From the IMG/VR virus record IMGVR_UViG_3300025520_000001, positions 1-64,000 of that record: a DNA stretch of 64,000 nt; one strand, written 5' to 3'. Source of the stretch: a virus. The notes below the pieces were generated by a model, which was not told the DNA's origin, made no database searches, and was given only the letters and a program-made list of their open reading frames with translations. Both the position numbers and the translations under genes were made by a program. Shown here in pieces: positions 15,841 through 25,487 of this stretch. Each line of letters opens with the position of its first letter. Positions within the stretch are counted from its first letter, which is position 1.

Positions 15841-16943
15841 TAGACATCCTCCCGAAAACGAAGGCCCACGGGGAACCGCGGGACGTTATTCTTGCCGGTA
15901 TAGCCCTGGAACTGGACTGTGAGCTGACGACCAACGGCCAGACTCGGCTTCTTCCAGAACTTCGACAGTTCTTCCTGATCGCCTTTCATCTTGGCTTTAA
16001 ACCGATCCCCATCAGCCGTGACACAAACAAAGATCGCTTTGCCAGCCAACTTGCCACGCCCTTCTTCCACATCCACGATCTTAAATTCTGCATCTTGAAA
16101 CTCCTTGATCTTGAGAAGGTCAGTGGAGCGCTTGTTGACGTACAAGCCGGCCGCATTGCGAACCATCGCGCCCTCGTACCCCTTCTTGAGACAAGCTTCG
16201 AAGAACTCAACTAGCTCGTCTTCATCAGCCATCTCCTTCGTCTCTACTCTCACAAGCGGATCGGAAAAATTCATGTTGGCGAGCTGTTTATTGCGCTGCT
16301 TGAAGCCACCCGAACCAGCTATATCGTAGATGTGGTATTCAACCACCTCATAGCCTTCCTTGGGCTCCGGATTCCGGATGAAGCTCGTAAGCTCTTCGAA
16401 CTTGCTTTTGTAGGCGTGATTGTAGAGCTCGCCGTCAAGGACGATGTCCTCCTTAAAATCGAGTTCCTCGATGGCCTTGTTGATGTGAGGAAGACCAGTG
16501 ATGGGTTTGCGAGTACGCGACCAGAGCGTGCACTTGCCATTCTTAACCACAGCAACACAGCGATGTCCATCGAACTTAGGCTGAGCGAACGCCGGGTACA
16601 CGATCTTATCGCCGTGCTCGTCAAACCGCTTAGCGAGCATAGGTTCGATACCACCAGTAATCAGGTCATCTACCTCTCGAGCTTCAGCCGCATCAAGCGA
16701 CTTGACATAGCCCTTCTTGAGCTTCTTCTCCCACTGGCTGGTGGCTTCAGCCTCAGCCTGCTGAGTGGGTGTAGTCGCATTGCTGCGACCTTGATTCTTG
16801 CCTTCCTTGATGACATCCTTCGTTTCTTGGATCTTGCCGCCAACCTGACCCCAACGGGTAATGATGACGTTGTCCTCTGTTGAGATCTCCCATTCCTGCT
16901 GGGCACTGGTAGAGGACAACTTGTATAGCTTAGGAAGCTTCAC
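15840..16943 (-). CDS. lig: ATP-dependent DNA ligase with N-terminal WGR-like domain
   Basis: 367 aa. Motif I AQPKFDGHRC, III LDGELY, IV EGAMVRN, V DLLKIKEF. N-terminus ITRWGQVGGKIQ...SQWEKKLKKGY looks like a WGR domain. Confidence 0.9.
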   Translation of the reverse strand: MKLPKLYKLSSTSAQQEWEISTEDNVIITRWGQVGGKIQETKDVIKEGKNQGRSNATTPTQQAEAEATSQWEKKLKKGYVKSLDAAEAREVDDLITGGIEPMLAKRFDEHGDKIVYPAFAQPKFDGHRCVAVVKNGKCTLWSRTRKPITGLPHINKAIEELDFKEDIVLDGELYNHAYKSKFEELTSFIRNPEPKEGYEVVEYHIYDIAGSGGFKQRNKQLANMNFSDPLVRVETKEMADEDELVEFFEACLKKGYEGAMVRNAAGLYVNKRSTDLLKIKEFQDAEFKIVDVEEGRGKLAGKAIFVCVTADGDRFKAKMKGDQEELSKFWKKPSLAVGRQLTVQFQGYTGKNNVPRFPVGLRFREDV

Positions 16944-17323
16944 TTAGATTTCTCCATGAGTTGATTCTCGATTGTCTTGATTGCATCGTCAATGACCTGA
17001 CGAGACCAATCGTCGAATGTCATGTTTTCAGGCTTTTGAAGCAGATAGGTGTTACCGTATTTGCCACCGTGTTTGCAGTAAAACTCGGTAACGCTAAAAT
17101 TCACACCTGCTGCTTCCATCAGCGATGTTACTCGCATCAACATGGTCTCGACAGAGACCGTATACATCTGAGGCGCCTTAGCTGTAGATGTAAGGAGCCT
17201 GATAACTAGAGGGGCTGAGTTGTTCATGTATAGATAAGAAAAGAGATCAGTTCTGATCTGATCTCGAGAGGGTAAAGGTATTGTACTTTGATGAGAAAAT
17301 ATTGGTGGCCTAACTAAGGCCAT
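16940..17323 (-). CDS. hypothetical protein
   Basis: ORF track 127 aa; 4-nt overlap with the ligase gene. Confidence 0.65.
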   Translation of the reverse strand: MALVRPPIFSHQSTIPLPSRDQIRTDLFSYLYMNNSAPLVIRLLTSTAKAPQMYTVSVETMLMRVTSLMEAAGVNFSVTEFYCKHGGKYGNTYLLQKPENMTFDDWSRQVIDDAIKTIENQLMEKSK

Positions 17324-17344
17324 TACTACCTAGAAGCGTCTTAG

Positions 17345-18124
17345 TTAAAGAGGAGGCGCTTCACCAATTCGCCGCAAGCAATCCTCAATGCCTACTACGA
17401 ATGTAAGGTTTGTATAGTCTCTATTGCCTCGTACCAGGAGACCAATTACCTTGCCGTTGTGGAACACGGGACCACCACTGTTTCCGCCGTAAGCAGGAGC
17501 GCTTGTGAGCAAGTATCCATCCATCAAGCCGCTCATGTAGCCTTCAGTGAGCATTGGCTTCTTAGCATAAAGCGCATAACCAACAACAGAGAGCTTTTCT
17601 CCCATCACAGGAACACTGTCGCCCAGTGCAGCAACTCTTCCTGCATCACAATCTGCTTCACCTACCGCTGTATCGTGTTCATCTGCAGAACCTAAAGCTA
17701 GAACCTTTAGATTACAGGTTCTGCCGTCTGCAGTTTGAATCTTGTAGCTTACGGCATCTGTACGCTTAGTTCCCTTGCTGAGGACAAGGCCTAGAAATTC
17801 AACGTTGTCTTCTTTTAGAGAACCAACTGCTGGTGTGTTTAGTACATGGAAAGCACTCAGAATTCTTGACCGTGCTGATTCCCCTTGACCAACCTTTGCA
17901 TAAACAACACCAGAACCACTCCAACTTTCCTGACCTTTTGTTGAAGTGGACTGATCTTCTTCTTCAGCGAAGCGCGTGTACTCAACTGTTACTTCGACAC
18001 GGACGGCGCTAGCCATCATTTCTAATGGAGAGACTTGAGTTCCCCGAGGAGCAGCAAAAGAAGTAGCTGCAACTAGAAGACTTACTATAGCTAATATTTT
18101 TTGAGTATTTTTTGACTTGAGCAT
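17345..18124 (-). CDS. secreted trypsin-like (S1) serine protease
   Basis: ATG at 18124 with GAGG upstream. Signal peptide LAIVSLLVAATSFAAP; active-site GGNSGGPVFHNGKVIGLL. Confidence 0.8.
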   Translation of the reverse strand: MLKSKNTQKILAIVSLLVAATSFAAPRGTQVSPLEMMASAVRVEVTVEYTRFAEEEDQSTSTKGQESWSGSGVVYAKVGQGESARSRILSAFHVLNTPAVGSLKEDNVEFLGLVLSKGTKRTDAVSYKIQTADGRTCNLKVLALGSADEHDTAVGEADCDAGRVAALGDSVPVMGEKLSVVGYALYAKKPMLTEGYMSGLMDGYLLTSAPAYGGNSGGPVFHNGKVIGLLVRGNRDYTNLTFVVGIEDCLRRIGEAPPL

Positions 18125-18189
18125 GTATACCTCGGGGTACAATGCTCTATTTTACTCATGACTACCACTTAGCCCAAGTGCTATTGGGA

Positions 18190-18648
18190 CTAATTATCGT
18201 CATCATTAGTGTTCGAAAGTATTTTTTCGCTGCGCTTATTTGGCCAAATCCCAAGTCTTTCACGTTCTTCGGGGGAAAGTCCGCCGTGTTCAACAACACG
18301 TGGAGCGTAAACCTGGCTAAGGATTTCGGCCAGTGATCTTGGTGGAGGTTTAGGCTTTGCGGCTGGTCTAGCGCCACCTCGTGACAAGGGTTTTGGCTGT
18401 TTAATTGCTTTGTCATTGTATTTAGCTAGCTTTCGCTCATAACCTTCTTCTTTCTTCTGGCGTTCCGAAGCGACGCTCTGCAAGAATTGCTCCAAGTCGC
18501 GAAAAGATAAGCCCTGAAGTTCATTGCACAAATCTTGCTTCCAACTATTACTGCTTAAGATTTGCTCTGCTCGCGCTTGCCGCTCTTCCCAATCGAGGTC
18601 AACTAAACCACACAGTTCTTCCATCTTCTTCTTGAGCTTTTTAGACAA
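18190..18648 (-). CDS. hypothetical protein
   Basis: ORF track 152 aa, charged. Confidence 0.65.
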   Translation of the reverse strand: MSKKLKKKMEELCGLVDLDWEERQARAEQILSSNSWKQDLCNELQGLSFRDLEQFLQSVASERQKKEEGYERKLAKYNDKAIKQPKPLSRGGARPAAKPKPPPRSLAEILSQVYAPRVVEHGGLSPEERERLGIWPNKRSEKILSNTNDDDN

Positions 18649-18779
18649 GAGTTAGATTGTACCGCGTTTTGAAAACGGAATATGCGGAAAAAGTTTTCTG
18701 TACACCATTATGAACGCATACGCTTGCCGAAGGTGGTGATACGCAATGGTGTGGTGCTTTGGGCTCATTTGACGCCTAT

Positions 18780-18855
18780 TGACATTTGGCGGGTTTACCT
18801 AGTACGTAACACTCTCCAGAGGACCGTGATAAACGTGTAAACCCGCCAAATGTCA
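18780..18855. repeat. perfect 19-bp inverted repeat with 38-nt spacer
   Basis: tgacatttggcgggtttac at 18780-18798; its exact reverse complement at 18837-18855. The plus strand continues gtcgttttta. Confidence 0.85.
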
Positions 18856-18891
18856 GTCGTTTTTACAACGAACCGCGGATGAAGCGACGGT

Positions 18892-19248
18892 TCACTGACC
18901 GGCGGGCTTTTCGTCGTCATCCGCGCGGCCCAGCTGAGCTTCGAGCTGACGCTCGAACACCAACTCATCGTTGGCCAGGGCATTTTCGGGCTTCACCTGC
19001 GCGAAGACCTCATCCTGGAACACCGGGTGAGTGCTGCGCATGATGATGTCAGAGAGCTGGAACTTCAGCTCCTGCTGGTTGGCCAGCGTGGGCTCCTTGA
19101 TGAAGCCATCGATGGCGCTCTGCAACTCCGTGGGAACCGGGATCTCGAAGAACTGAAAGAACTTCGCACACTCCTGGACGTCCTCAGGAGTGATGACGAC
19201 GAGGTTCTTGTTCTCCAGGTCATTGCCATTATTGCTATTCTTGCTCAT
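18892..19248 (-). CDS. acidic hypothetical protein
   Basis: ORF track 118 aa; GC-rich. Confidence 0.7.
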   Translation of the reverse strand: MSKNSNNGNDLENKNLVVITPEDVQECAKFFQFFEIPVPTELQSAIDGFIKEPTLANQQELKFQLSDIIMRSTHPVFQDEVFAQVKPENALANDELVFERQLEAQLGRADDDEKPAGQ

Positions 19249-19259
19249 TTTTGCCTTTC

Positions 19260-19287
19260 TTAGTGAGGGTATTACTTGTGTTACAAT
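19260..19287 (+). promoter_or_regulatory. sigma-70-like promoter (TTAGTG-16-TGtTACAAT)
   Basis: TTAGTG at 19260-19265, extended -10 TGTTACAAT at 19279-19287, 55 nt upstream of the plus-strand ATG at 19342. Confidence 0.4.
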
Positions 19288-19341
19288 GGACAGGTTGTAT
19301 TTGATTCGGAAAAATCGACTCTTACTGGGGTGTACTGCATT

Positions 19342-20187
19342 ATGGACAATTTAGATTTGCTTATTGAAAAGTTTAAGGAAGCCAAGACTGAGCTCCAGAA
19401 GGGGGAAGATCTTGAAAAGCAGCGTTCCCCGCTTCCGCGTGGTCGCCTAGATGTGCCAGCTCCACGGCCTTCAAGTACTGGACCTTCTCAGGCCGCTCAG
19501 ATGCAGAGCGCCGGAAATACACAACTTACACGACCTGGTGACCATGCACGTGCCAATATGTATCATGAGGCTATGGCAGGTGGCTTTCAGCCTCCTAAGC
19601 CTGGCAAGCTCACCGGCTTGGATCGAATCAGAGCGGCAAGCTCAGAACCACTTAAGCGCAGTGAGAAGCTTTCCGTGAATAAAGGTGGTCAGTGGAGCCT
19701 TGATAAGGGCGATGAGATGGACGTTAATACCGTTAGAAAGGATGACTACGACGACAAGACTAATCCCGGTGCCATCCCTATGACTGCCGACGGCGTTCCC
19801 GTGGCGACCGCGCGCACGCAGGCAGCTCAGCCTTGGCGTCCCGGCGATGCTTTTGCCGTTCAGGCACCCGAGACTAATCCGGCTGCCCCTCGTCACTTGC
19901 CTCCCCAGGAGGCCCGTGCTGTTGCTTCTCCGGCTGAAGTTGCTGGAACACACCAGGTAATGACTGAAGGAAAGGTAAAGGCGCCTGCTCTTGTTAAGCC
20001 GCCTACTCGCGCTGGTGTACCCAGCTGGCAGCCTTCAGGCGTGGCCACGCCCCTCAATGGAACTCCGACTCACATTCCTCCTGCCGATCCGAGCCCTAAA
20101 GTGAATGTTATGAAGGGCGAAGACAAGCCCAATAAGAGCTCAGAGAAGCTATCGTCGGGCAAGAATGGTCAGTGGAAACTCTGCTAA
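19342..20187 (+). CDS. Pro/Ala-rich hypothetical protein (plus strand)
   Basis: ATG at 19342 within ORF 19276..20187. Internal repeat SEKLSVNKGGQWSL / SEKLSSGKNGQWKL. Confidence 0.65.
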   Translation: MDNLDLLIEKFKEAKTELQKGEDLEKQRSPLPRGRLDVPAPRPSSTGPSQAAQMQSAGNTQLTRPGDHARANMYHEAMAGGFQPPKPGKLTGLDRIRAASSEPLKRSEKLSVNKGGQWSLDKGDEMDVNTVRKDDYDDKTNPGAIPMTADGVPVATARTQAAQPWRPGDAFAVQAPETNPAAPRHLPPQEARAVASPAEVAGTHQVMTEGKVKAPALVKPPTRAGVPSWQPSGVATPLNGTPTHIPPADPSPKVNVMKGEDKPNKSSEKLSSGKNGQWKLC

Positions 20188-20218
20188 CACTAATTAGCAG
20201 GTGAGTGACAACCATTTA

Positions 20219-20872
20219 TTACCAACCCGCAACAGCAGTAATCACAGGAAAGTGCGGTCTGAACACTTCCTCGATGATCGCTTTCGCGATGTCCGCGTGC
20301 TCCTTCTGCGTACCATTTGCGGAACGGAGCTTCAGATAAAAGAACCAGTCCCTGACGTTCCCCTTCATGTATAGGCGCGTTTTCGTGTTGAGGGGCAATA
20401 GGAATCGTGCCTGTTCTTTCGCGATGCCCATATTGAGAGCCTCTGTGTAGAGATCGTGTGAGGTGGACCACACCTTGATCTGTGCATCTCGGAACCAGCG
20501 CTTTTCGTCCTCTGTCATGTCATCTACTGAGTTCTGACGGTTCTTGAGGTCTTGCGAGCGAGCCTCATACTCCACGTATTCTGAAGCCTGAGCGTACCGT
20601 TGGCTGAATTCTTGGAAAGAGAAGCTCCAGTGACGCAGAATCTGCGCTGCGATTGCTCGTGATGTCTCGATTTCCACCGTAAAGTCAACCATTTCGAGCG
20701 GCGAAATGTGGTTGTTCTCGATGAGGTATTGCAGGAGCTTGAAGCTCGTGTTGTACTTTTCCTGACCTGCAGGGTTGCTAACCCGGGCTGTATACTCGAT
20801 GAGTTGTTCGGGTGACAGCGTCTTTCCCTCAACCTGAACTAGAGGCTGAGTCATGCTGATAAGCTTAATCAT
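20219..20872 (-). CDS. thyX: flavin-dependent thymidylate synthase ThyX
   Basis: 217 aa. ThyX signature RHWSFSFQEFSQRY (RHRxxSxxxxSxR type). Confidence 0.9.
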   Translation of the reverse strand: MIKLISMTQPLVQVEGKTLSPEQLIEYTARVSNPAGQEKYNTSFKLLQYLIENNHISPLEMVDFTVEIETSRAIAAQILRHWSFSFQEFSQRYAQASEYVEYEARSQDLKNRQNSVDDMTEDEKRWFRDAQIKVWSTSHDLYTEALNMGIAKEQARFLLPLNTKTRLYMKGNVRDWFFYLKLRSANGTQKEHADIAKAIIEEVFRPHFPVITAVAGW

Positions 20873-21183
20873 TTAGTCTCCGCGTTTATGATGTAACATT
20901 CCGTTGACAGGACGTAGTACATCACGGCTTTCTGCCGATAATGTTGTAAGGTGATGGCTACAATTTGCTTCATCACCTTCTCTTCACACATTATACGGAC
21001 TGGAATTACTCGCTCGATGTAGTCAACACCCTCGTGAACCCAAACACCTTTGCCGGGCGTAAGTATAGTAAGACCACCAGAGAGCTTTTTGACACGCTCG
21101 TCCCATTTCTTATGATGTTTTGTTCGGATAGGCTTCATGGTGTCCCCGTAGATTGTGGGAACCAAAATTTCATATAGTTTCAT
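20869..21183 (-). CDS. hypothetical protein
   Basis: ORF track 104 aa; 4-nt overlaps on both sides. Confidence 0.7.
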   Translation of the reverse strand: MKLYEILVPTIYGDTMKPIRTKHHKKWDERVKKLSGGLTILTPGKGVWVHEGVDYIERVIPVRIMCEEKVMKQIVAITLQHYRQKAVMYYVLSTECYIINAETK

Positions 21184-21398
21184 GGTAGATATTTGCTCTT
21201 GGTGTTTAAGACGAACTCATTAACTTCATAATAAGCAGCCGAACCGGGACACTGACACTGCTTCGCGGCGTTAAGTTCGACTTCTCTAGTCTCTGCTAGT
21301 TTCTTATCATCATAGATTTCGTATAGGACGCCCGAGAATTCATAGCCATCACTGTAGGTGATAGCCCACAACTTCTTCTTTTTCTTTTTGGTTACCAT
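21180..21398 (-). CDS. hypothetical protein
   Basis: ORF track 72 aa. Confidence 0.6.
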   Translation of the reverse strand: MVTKKKKKKLWAITYSDGYEFSGVLYEIYDDKKLAETREVELNAAKQCQCPGSAAYYEVNEFVLNTKSKYLP

Positions 21399-21586
21399 TC
21401 GCTTCTCTTTTGAGGGGGTTCCGGGAGTTCCACTTTAAGAGCTTTCGCTAGAAGCTGAAGGCTCTCTACAGTCCAGTCGCGCAGTTCATTTGCGTAGTTT
21501 AAAGCATTCTCCGCGTTGTAGGCTGCTCGACAACTATCACAGGTGTAGCTGTAATTACATTTACATTCACTCATATTGGTCCCCAC
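21392..21586 (-). CDS. hypothetical Cys-containing protein
   Basis: ORF track 64 aa. CKCNYSYTCDSC. Confidence 0.55.
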   Translation of the reverse strand: MGTNMSECKCNYSYTCDSCRAAYNAENALNYANELRDWTVESLQLLAKALKVELPEPPQKRSEW

Positions 21587-22023
21587 TTTCCTTCGCGGGC
21601 CGCTTTGGCCAGCTTGTCACAGTGCTCGTTGTGCTCATCGCCGTTGTGACCTCTGACCCAGCGTTGTCGTGCATCTACTCTGTTATATGCAGCCTGCAGA
21701 TCACGCTGCAACCCTCGTAGGTGTTCTGCCTTGCAGCGCCACTTTCCAGAGGCATAGCCAAGGACTAATTGTGAGTCTGCAACCAAAACAACTTGTGCAT
21801 TCTGCCAGCTATTTTGCTGAATAATTGCCTCAACACGCTTTAATCCTTCGACGGCGGCTGTCAACTCTGCCACATTGTTGGTTGCTTTAGGCAAGTATCC
21901 GCTACCGTCTTCTAGCGGAACTTTGTCGACTACAATGCGCCAGCCATACCCACCATCTGATTCCATGGTGTTACCGGAACCATCACTGAAAACTTCTATT
22001 AAAGTTGGTTTATTCATGTTCAT
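21571..22023 (-). CDS. rnhA: ribonuclease HI
   Basis: 150 aa. FSDGSGN (Asp), NNVAELTA (Glu), LVADSQLV (Asp), GHNGDEHNEHCDKLA. Confidence 0.85.
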   Translation of the reverse strand: MNMNKPTLIEVFSDGSGNTMESDGGYGWRIVVDKVPLEDGSGYLPKATNNVAELTAAVEGLKRVEAIIQQNSWQNAQVVLVADSQLVLGYASGKWRCKAEHLRGLQRDLQAAYNRVDARQRWVRGHNGDEHNEHCDKLAKAAREGKWGPI

Positions 22024-22029
22024 GAAATG

Positions 22030-22043
22030 ATTATACTTTTGGA
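22030..22043 (-). promoter_or_regulatory. promoter-like box TCCAAAAGTATAAT abutting the ATG (leaderless configuration)
   Basis: Minus-sense TTTTCCAAAAGTATAATCATTTCATG. TATAAT ends 6 nt before the rnhA ATG. Confidence 0.4.
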
Positions 22044-22152
22044 AAAAATCCCCTGGCTTCTAGCATTCATCGCAGGGTAGAATCTATGAACAATTTATGG
22101 GGAGATTCAAAGATTGTGGGTGTCCTCATATCCACATTAAAGGAATTTAAGA

Positions 22153-23934
22153 ATGTTCGAACCAACTGGTTTTTCTTTGCAAATTTTTAAGGAGCGCTAC
22201 GCGTTCACCGAGTCAGAAAGCTTCCATGATGCTTGCAAGCGAGTAGCTGAGCAGATGGCCCGTGCCGAACTCCCTGACAAGCAGAAGGCTCACAGCGATA
22301 AGTTCTTTGAGGTTCTGAGCGACAATCTCTTTGTGCCTGGGGGCAGAATCTGGTACAACTCAGGTCGCACTAACCCGCAGCTATTAAACTGCTTTGTCCT
22401 TAATCCTGATAAGGATTCAAGAGAGGGTTGGGGTCGTACAGCCTCTGATATGATCACTACGTCCATGACGGGCGGCGGCTGCGGCGACGATTTCTCAGAT
22501 GTGCGTCCTCGCGGATCTAACATTACAGGCCAGAAAGGTCAGGCGCCTGGCGCTGTTGAACTCATGCGTTTAGTCGATGCGTGTGCTCGACCCGTTAAGA
22601 ACGGTGGCCAGCGTCGCGTTGCGCTCATGTTCAGCCTCGACCTCGATCACCCGGATATTGAGGAATTCCTCAACGCCAAGCTACAGCAAGGGGAGTTGAG
22701 TCACGCAAACGTGAGCGTTCGTAGCAAGCGCACCAAGGAGTTTATTAAGGCCGTTAAGAACGATGCTGACTGGGAATTGTCTTGGAAAGGCAAGTATAAG
22801 CGTGAAGTTCGCGCTAAGGAACTTTGGAATACTATCGTGCAGAATGCCTACAACTCTGCCGAACCCGGGTTCCTGAACTGGGAACTTGTAGAGTCGGAAA
22901 GCAACATCTGGTACATTGAACCACTCGTTACGACTAACCCCTGTGGTGAAATCGCGCTAAGCGCTTATGATTGCTGCTGCCTAGGACACTTGGTATTGCC
23001 GCGCTTTATTAAGGACGGAGAGATTGACTATCACACGCTTGGCAATACTATTCGCACCGCAGTTCGCTTCTTAGACAATGTACTCACCGTCAACCACTAT
23101 CCAATTCCTGAGATGAAGGCAAAAAGTCACAACCTTCGTCGCATCGGACTCGGTACCACGGGACTTGCCGATGCGCTTGCGATGTTAGGCTATCGTTATG
23201 GTTCTGAGCAGGGAAATAAGTTTGTTGATAAACTGTATCGGTTCATCTCTAAGGCTGCGTACGAGAGCTCTGTTCTTCTTGCGGCTGAAAAGGGCGCATT
23301 CCCTCTTTGTCAACCGGAGAAGCACGTAGAGTCAGGCTTCATGAAGCGGATGCCGGAGAAGATTCGCGCGCTCGTTCGTGAAAACGGCATCCGCAACTGT
23401 GCTATCCTCACTCAGGCGCCGACCGGTACAGTCTCTATTCTCAGCGGCAATTGCAGCTCAGGTATTGAGCCTATGTTCGCACCTGCTTACGAGCGTCGCT
23501 ATTGGGCCGGAGACGAGCGCAAGATGGAACTCGTGTATCACCCGCTCTTCGCACAGTTCATGCGCGATGGCAAGAACGTAGATCACTTTGTCGGTAGCCA
23601 GTCATTAACCGTCCGTGATCATCTAGAGGTTCAGGCGATTGTGCAGAAGCACGTTGATAACGCCGTCTCAAAGACCGTTAATATCGCCGAGGATTGTCCC
23701 GTTGATGAGATGGAGGCCGCGTGGTTAGAATACCTACCCCGTCTCAAGGGAACCACTTTCTATCGCGAGAACACGCGCGGATTCGTCAATCCTAAGACAG
23801 GTTTGCTAGAGGAACCGCCGCTTAAGGCTCTCACCTTAGATGAAGCTACATTTAAGTTCTGGTCAGAAAACCACATTGAAGACACCGAGACGAACGATTG
23901 TGCCTCAGGTGCCTGCGAGATTAAGTTCAAGTAA
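22153..23934 (+). CDS. nrdJ: class II (adenosylcobalamin-dependent) ribonucleotide reductase
   Basis: 593 aa. TTNPCGEIALSAYDCCCLGHL active-site region, C-terminal Cys pair CASGACEIKFK. AAAGGA RBS. Confidence 0.9.
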   Translation: MFEPTGFSLQIFKERYAFTESESFHDACKRVAEQMARAELPDKQKAHSDKFFEVLSDNLFVPGGRIWYNSGRTNPQLLNCFVLNPDKDSREGWGRTASDMITTSMTGGGCGDDFSDVRPRGSNITGQKGQAPGAVELMRLVDACARPVKNGGQRRVALMFSLDLDHPDIEEFLNAKLQQGELSHANVSVRSKRTKEFIKAVKNDADWELSWKGKYKREVRAKELWNTIVQNAYNSAEPGFLNWELVESESNIWYIEPLVTTNPCGEIALSAYDCCCLGHLVLPRFIKDGEIDYHTLGNTIRTAVRFLDNVLTVNHYPIPEMKAKSHNLRRIGLGTTGLADALAMLGYRYGSEQGNKFVDKLYRFISKAAYESSVLLAAEKGAFPLCQPEKHVESGFMKRMPEKIRALVRENGIRNCAILTQAPTGTVSILSGNCSSGIEPMFAPAYERRYWAGDERKMELVYHPLFAQFMRDGKNVDHFVGSQSLTVRDHLEVQAIVQKHVDNAVSKTVNIAEDCPVDEMEAAWLEYLPRLKGTTFYRENTRGFVNPKTGLLEEPPLKALTLDEATFKFWSENHIEDTETNDCASGACEIKFK

Positions 23935-23982
23935 AGAATATTTGCCAGGGCTTGAAAAGCCCTAAGGCCTTAAATACTCTAA

Positions 23983-24050
23983 AAACCCCTAGATACGGAT
24001 TGCTATGGTTTGGTATTGCAATTACTACCATAGTCTGTATCCTGGGGTTT
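23983..24050. terminator. long imperfect hairpin between convergent genes (bidirectional terminator candidate)
   Basis: Arms aaacccc/ggggttt, gatac/gtatc, ctatggt/accatag. Minus-sense GGGGTTTTTAG follows. A second small hairpin lies at 23947-23963. Confidence 0.5.
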
Positions 24051-24206
24051 GTACTTATCCAAGTGCTTGCTCTCACATTAAATACCATGAGCCCATCAAT
24101 TGGAGTTTCTCTAACGTATTAAAGAAGCCGCGCGCAGGGTTATTGCTTGATCGGGTGAGCCAGATGCCCTTTATTGCTGGCCATGTGTGCGCATAAGGAA
24201 ATAATG

Positions 24207-24374
24207 TCATAGCTTCCAATCTCTTATCAAATCAAGCTTACACATGATTCGTATAAGTGGACGATAAGAATTATCGTAACTAGTCATTTTGATGATTGCT
24301 GCGGTCCGCTCAATATCCTTAATGGCTTTACTTAGCTCACTCAATGACTCTAGTATTTCGCTCGGAATTTTCAT
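24207..24374 (-). CDS. small hypothetical protein (55 aa)
   Basis: Hand-translated MKIPSEILESLSELSKAIKDIERTAAIIKMTSYDNSYRPLIRIMCKLDLIRDWKL. ATGA overlap with the upstream stop. Confidence 0.4.
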   Translation of the reverse strand: MKIPSEILESLSELSKAIKDIERTAAIIKMTSYDNSYRPLIRIMCKLDLIRDWKL

Positions 24375-24730
24375 AAAAAGCGGTTCCGCGCGCTTTCAAT
24401 TACTTGAAATGCTGTTCTGACGGCTTGTTCTTCCGCTGCTGCCGGATTGCCTACCCAGCGAGCGAACGAGAAGAATGGAGGTTTGATAGGCCGTCTAACT
24501 ACTTCATCGTGGTACGTATCTAGCGCCAGAAGCATTTGCTCTGGTTCCAGATCGTGATTCTTGACGATGGCCTGACATCGAGTGAAGGCATTGATGTATG
24601 CTTCTTGATCTGCCTTATTCTCGTGCCACGCTGCAGTCCATCGCTTGGTCCCTTCTAAGGACGCATAGATGGAGTCGCATACTGCCTCCATATACCATCG
24701 AGACTTAAGTGTTCTAGGAAGAAAGGGCAT
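24371..24730 (-). CDS. hypothetical protein
   Basis: ORF track 119 aa. Confidence 0.7.
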   Translation of the reverse strand: MPFLPRTLKSRWYMEAVCDSIYASLEGTKRWTAAWHENKADQEAYINAFTRCQAIVKNHDLEPEQMLLALDTYHDEVVRRPIKPPFFSFARWVGNPAAAEEQAVRTAFQVIESARNRFL

Positions 24731-24731
24731 A

Positions 24732-24962
24732 TTAGAGGAATTTCAGGTCTTCGGGCTTTCCGCCTAGCCTAGTAAAATCTTTAACGGCTGCCTGCAGCTT
24801 CATCTCAGCGGAGAGCTTCGCAAGGCCGGTGGTTTGCACCATTTCAATGGCATGCTTTACAATCTCTCGACTGTAATTTTGCAGGTACTTCCACCGATTT
24901 AAATGTTCATCTTCTTGTTGGGTGATGGGAGTACCGTGCAGCGTGGCGTGAATTTTACTCAT
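24732..24962 (-). CDS. hypothetical protein
   Basis: ORF track 76 aa. Confidence 0.6.
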   Translation of the reverse strand: MSKIHATLHGTPITQQEDEHLNRWKYLQNYSREIVKHAIEMVQTTGLAKLSAEMKLQAAVKDFTRLGGKPEDLKFL

Positions 24963-25222
24963 GGCTTAAGTGGACGATACATGCCGACAGCTGTCAGTAA
25001 ATTGACTGCGTACTTCGCTATCTCATTTGACGTTCTATTCGACCCTGCGAAGGCGGGCGCTAATGCAGCAACCATCCGGACAAGCTCATCACGCGTAAAG
25101 GATTCATTCGCAGCCGTCTCCAAATCCTTGAGACGTTTATTGGCGCGTTCAAGTTCGTCGCGCAGCCGCTGATTCTTTTGCTGCTCTCTCTCGACTAAAT
25201 CTCTCAACTCTCTATCAGACAT
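24959..25222 (-). CDS. coiled-coil hypothetical protein
   Basis: ORF track 87 aa. Confidence 0.6.
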   Translation of the reverse strand: MSDRELRDLVEREQQKNQRLRDELERANKRLKDLETAANESFTRDELVRMVAALAPAFAGSNRTSNEIAKYAVNLLTAVGMYRPLKP

Positions 25223-25307
25223 TTAGGCCTTTCGGGCTTAAAGCCAGAGTACGTATACTCTGTATCGGTAATAGAACCACGTCCAAAGAAGAAGGAATGC
25301 GACTAGA

Positions 25308-25487
25308 TTAGCTCTCGCTGCTCTTGTAGTGGTCATTGAAGCGCTTCATGTCTTCGTCAGAGAGACCTTCGCCCATCCAGTCTAGGATACCAAGCGACTT
25401 GTCAATATCCCACTGCACAGAGGCGGGGAGTTTAAAGTAGTTACTGGGACGCTGAAATGAGCGTTCAAACATTTGTCGTTCATTCAT
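25308..25487 (-). CDS. small hypothetical protein (59 aa)
   Basis: Hand-translated MNERQMFERSFQRPSNYFKLPASVQWDIDKSLGILDWMGEGLSDEDMKRFNDHYKSSES. Confidence 0.5.
   Translation of the reverse strand: MNERQMFERSFQRPSNYFKLPASVQWDIDKSLGILDWMGEGLSDEDMKRFNDHYKSSES

Noticed and set aside
24005-24196. 63-aa plus-strand ORF downstream of nrdJ.
   Set aside because: It starts inside the long terminator-like hairpin (23983-24050), has no RBS and has an odd composition. The region is better explained as a convergent-terminator spacer.
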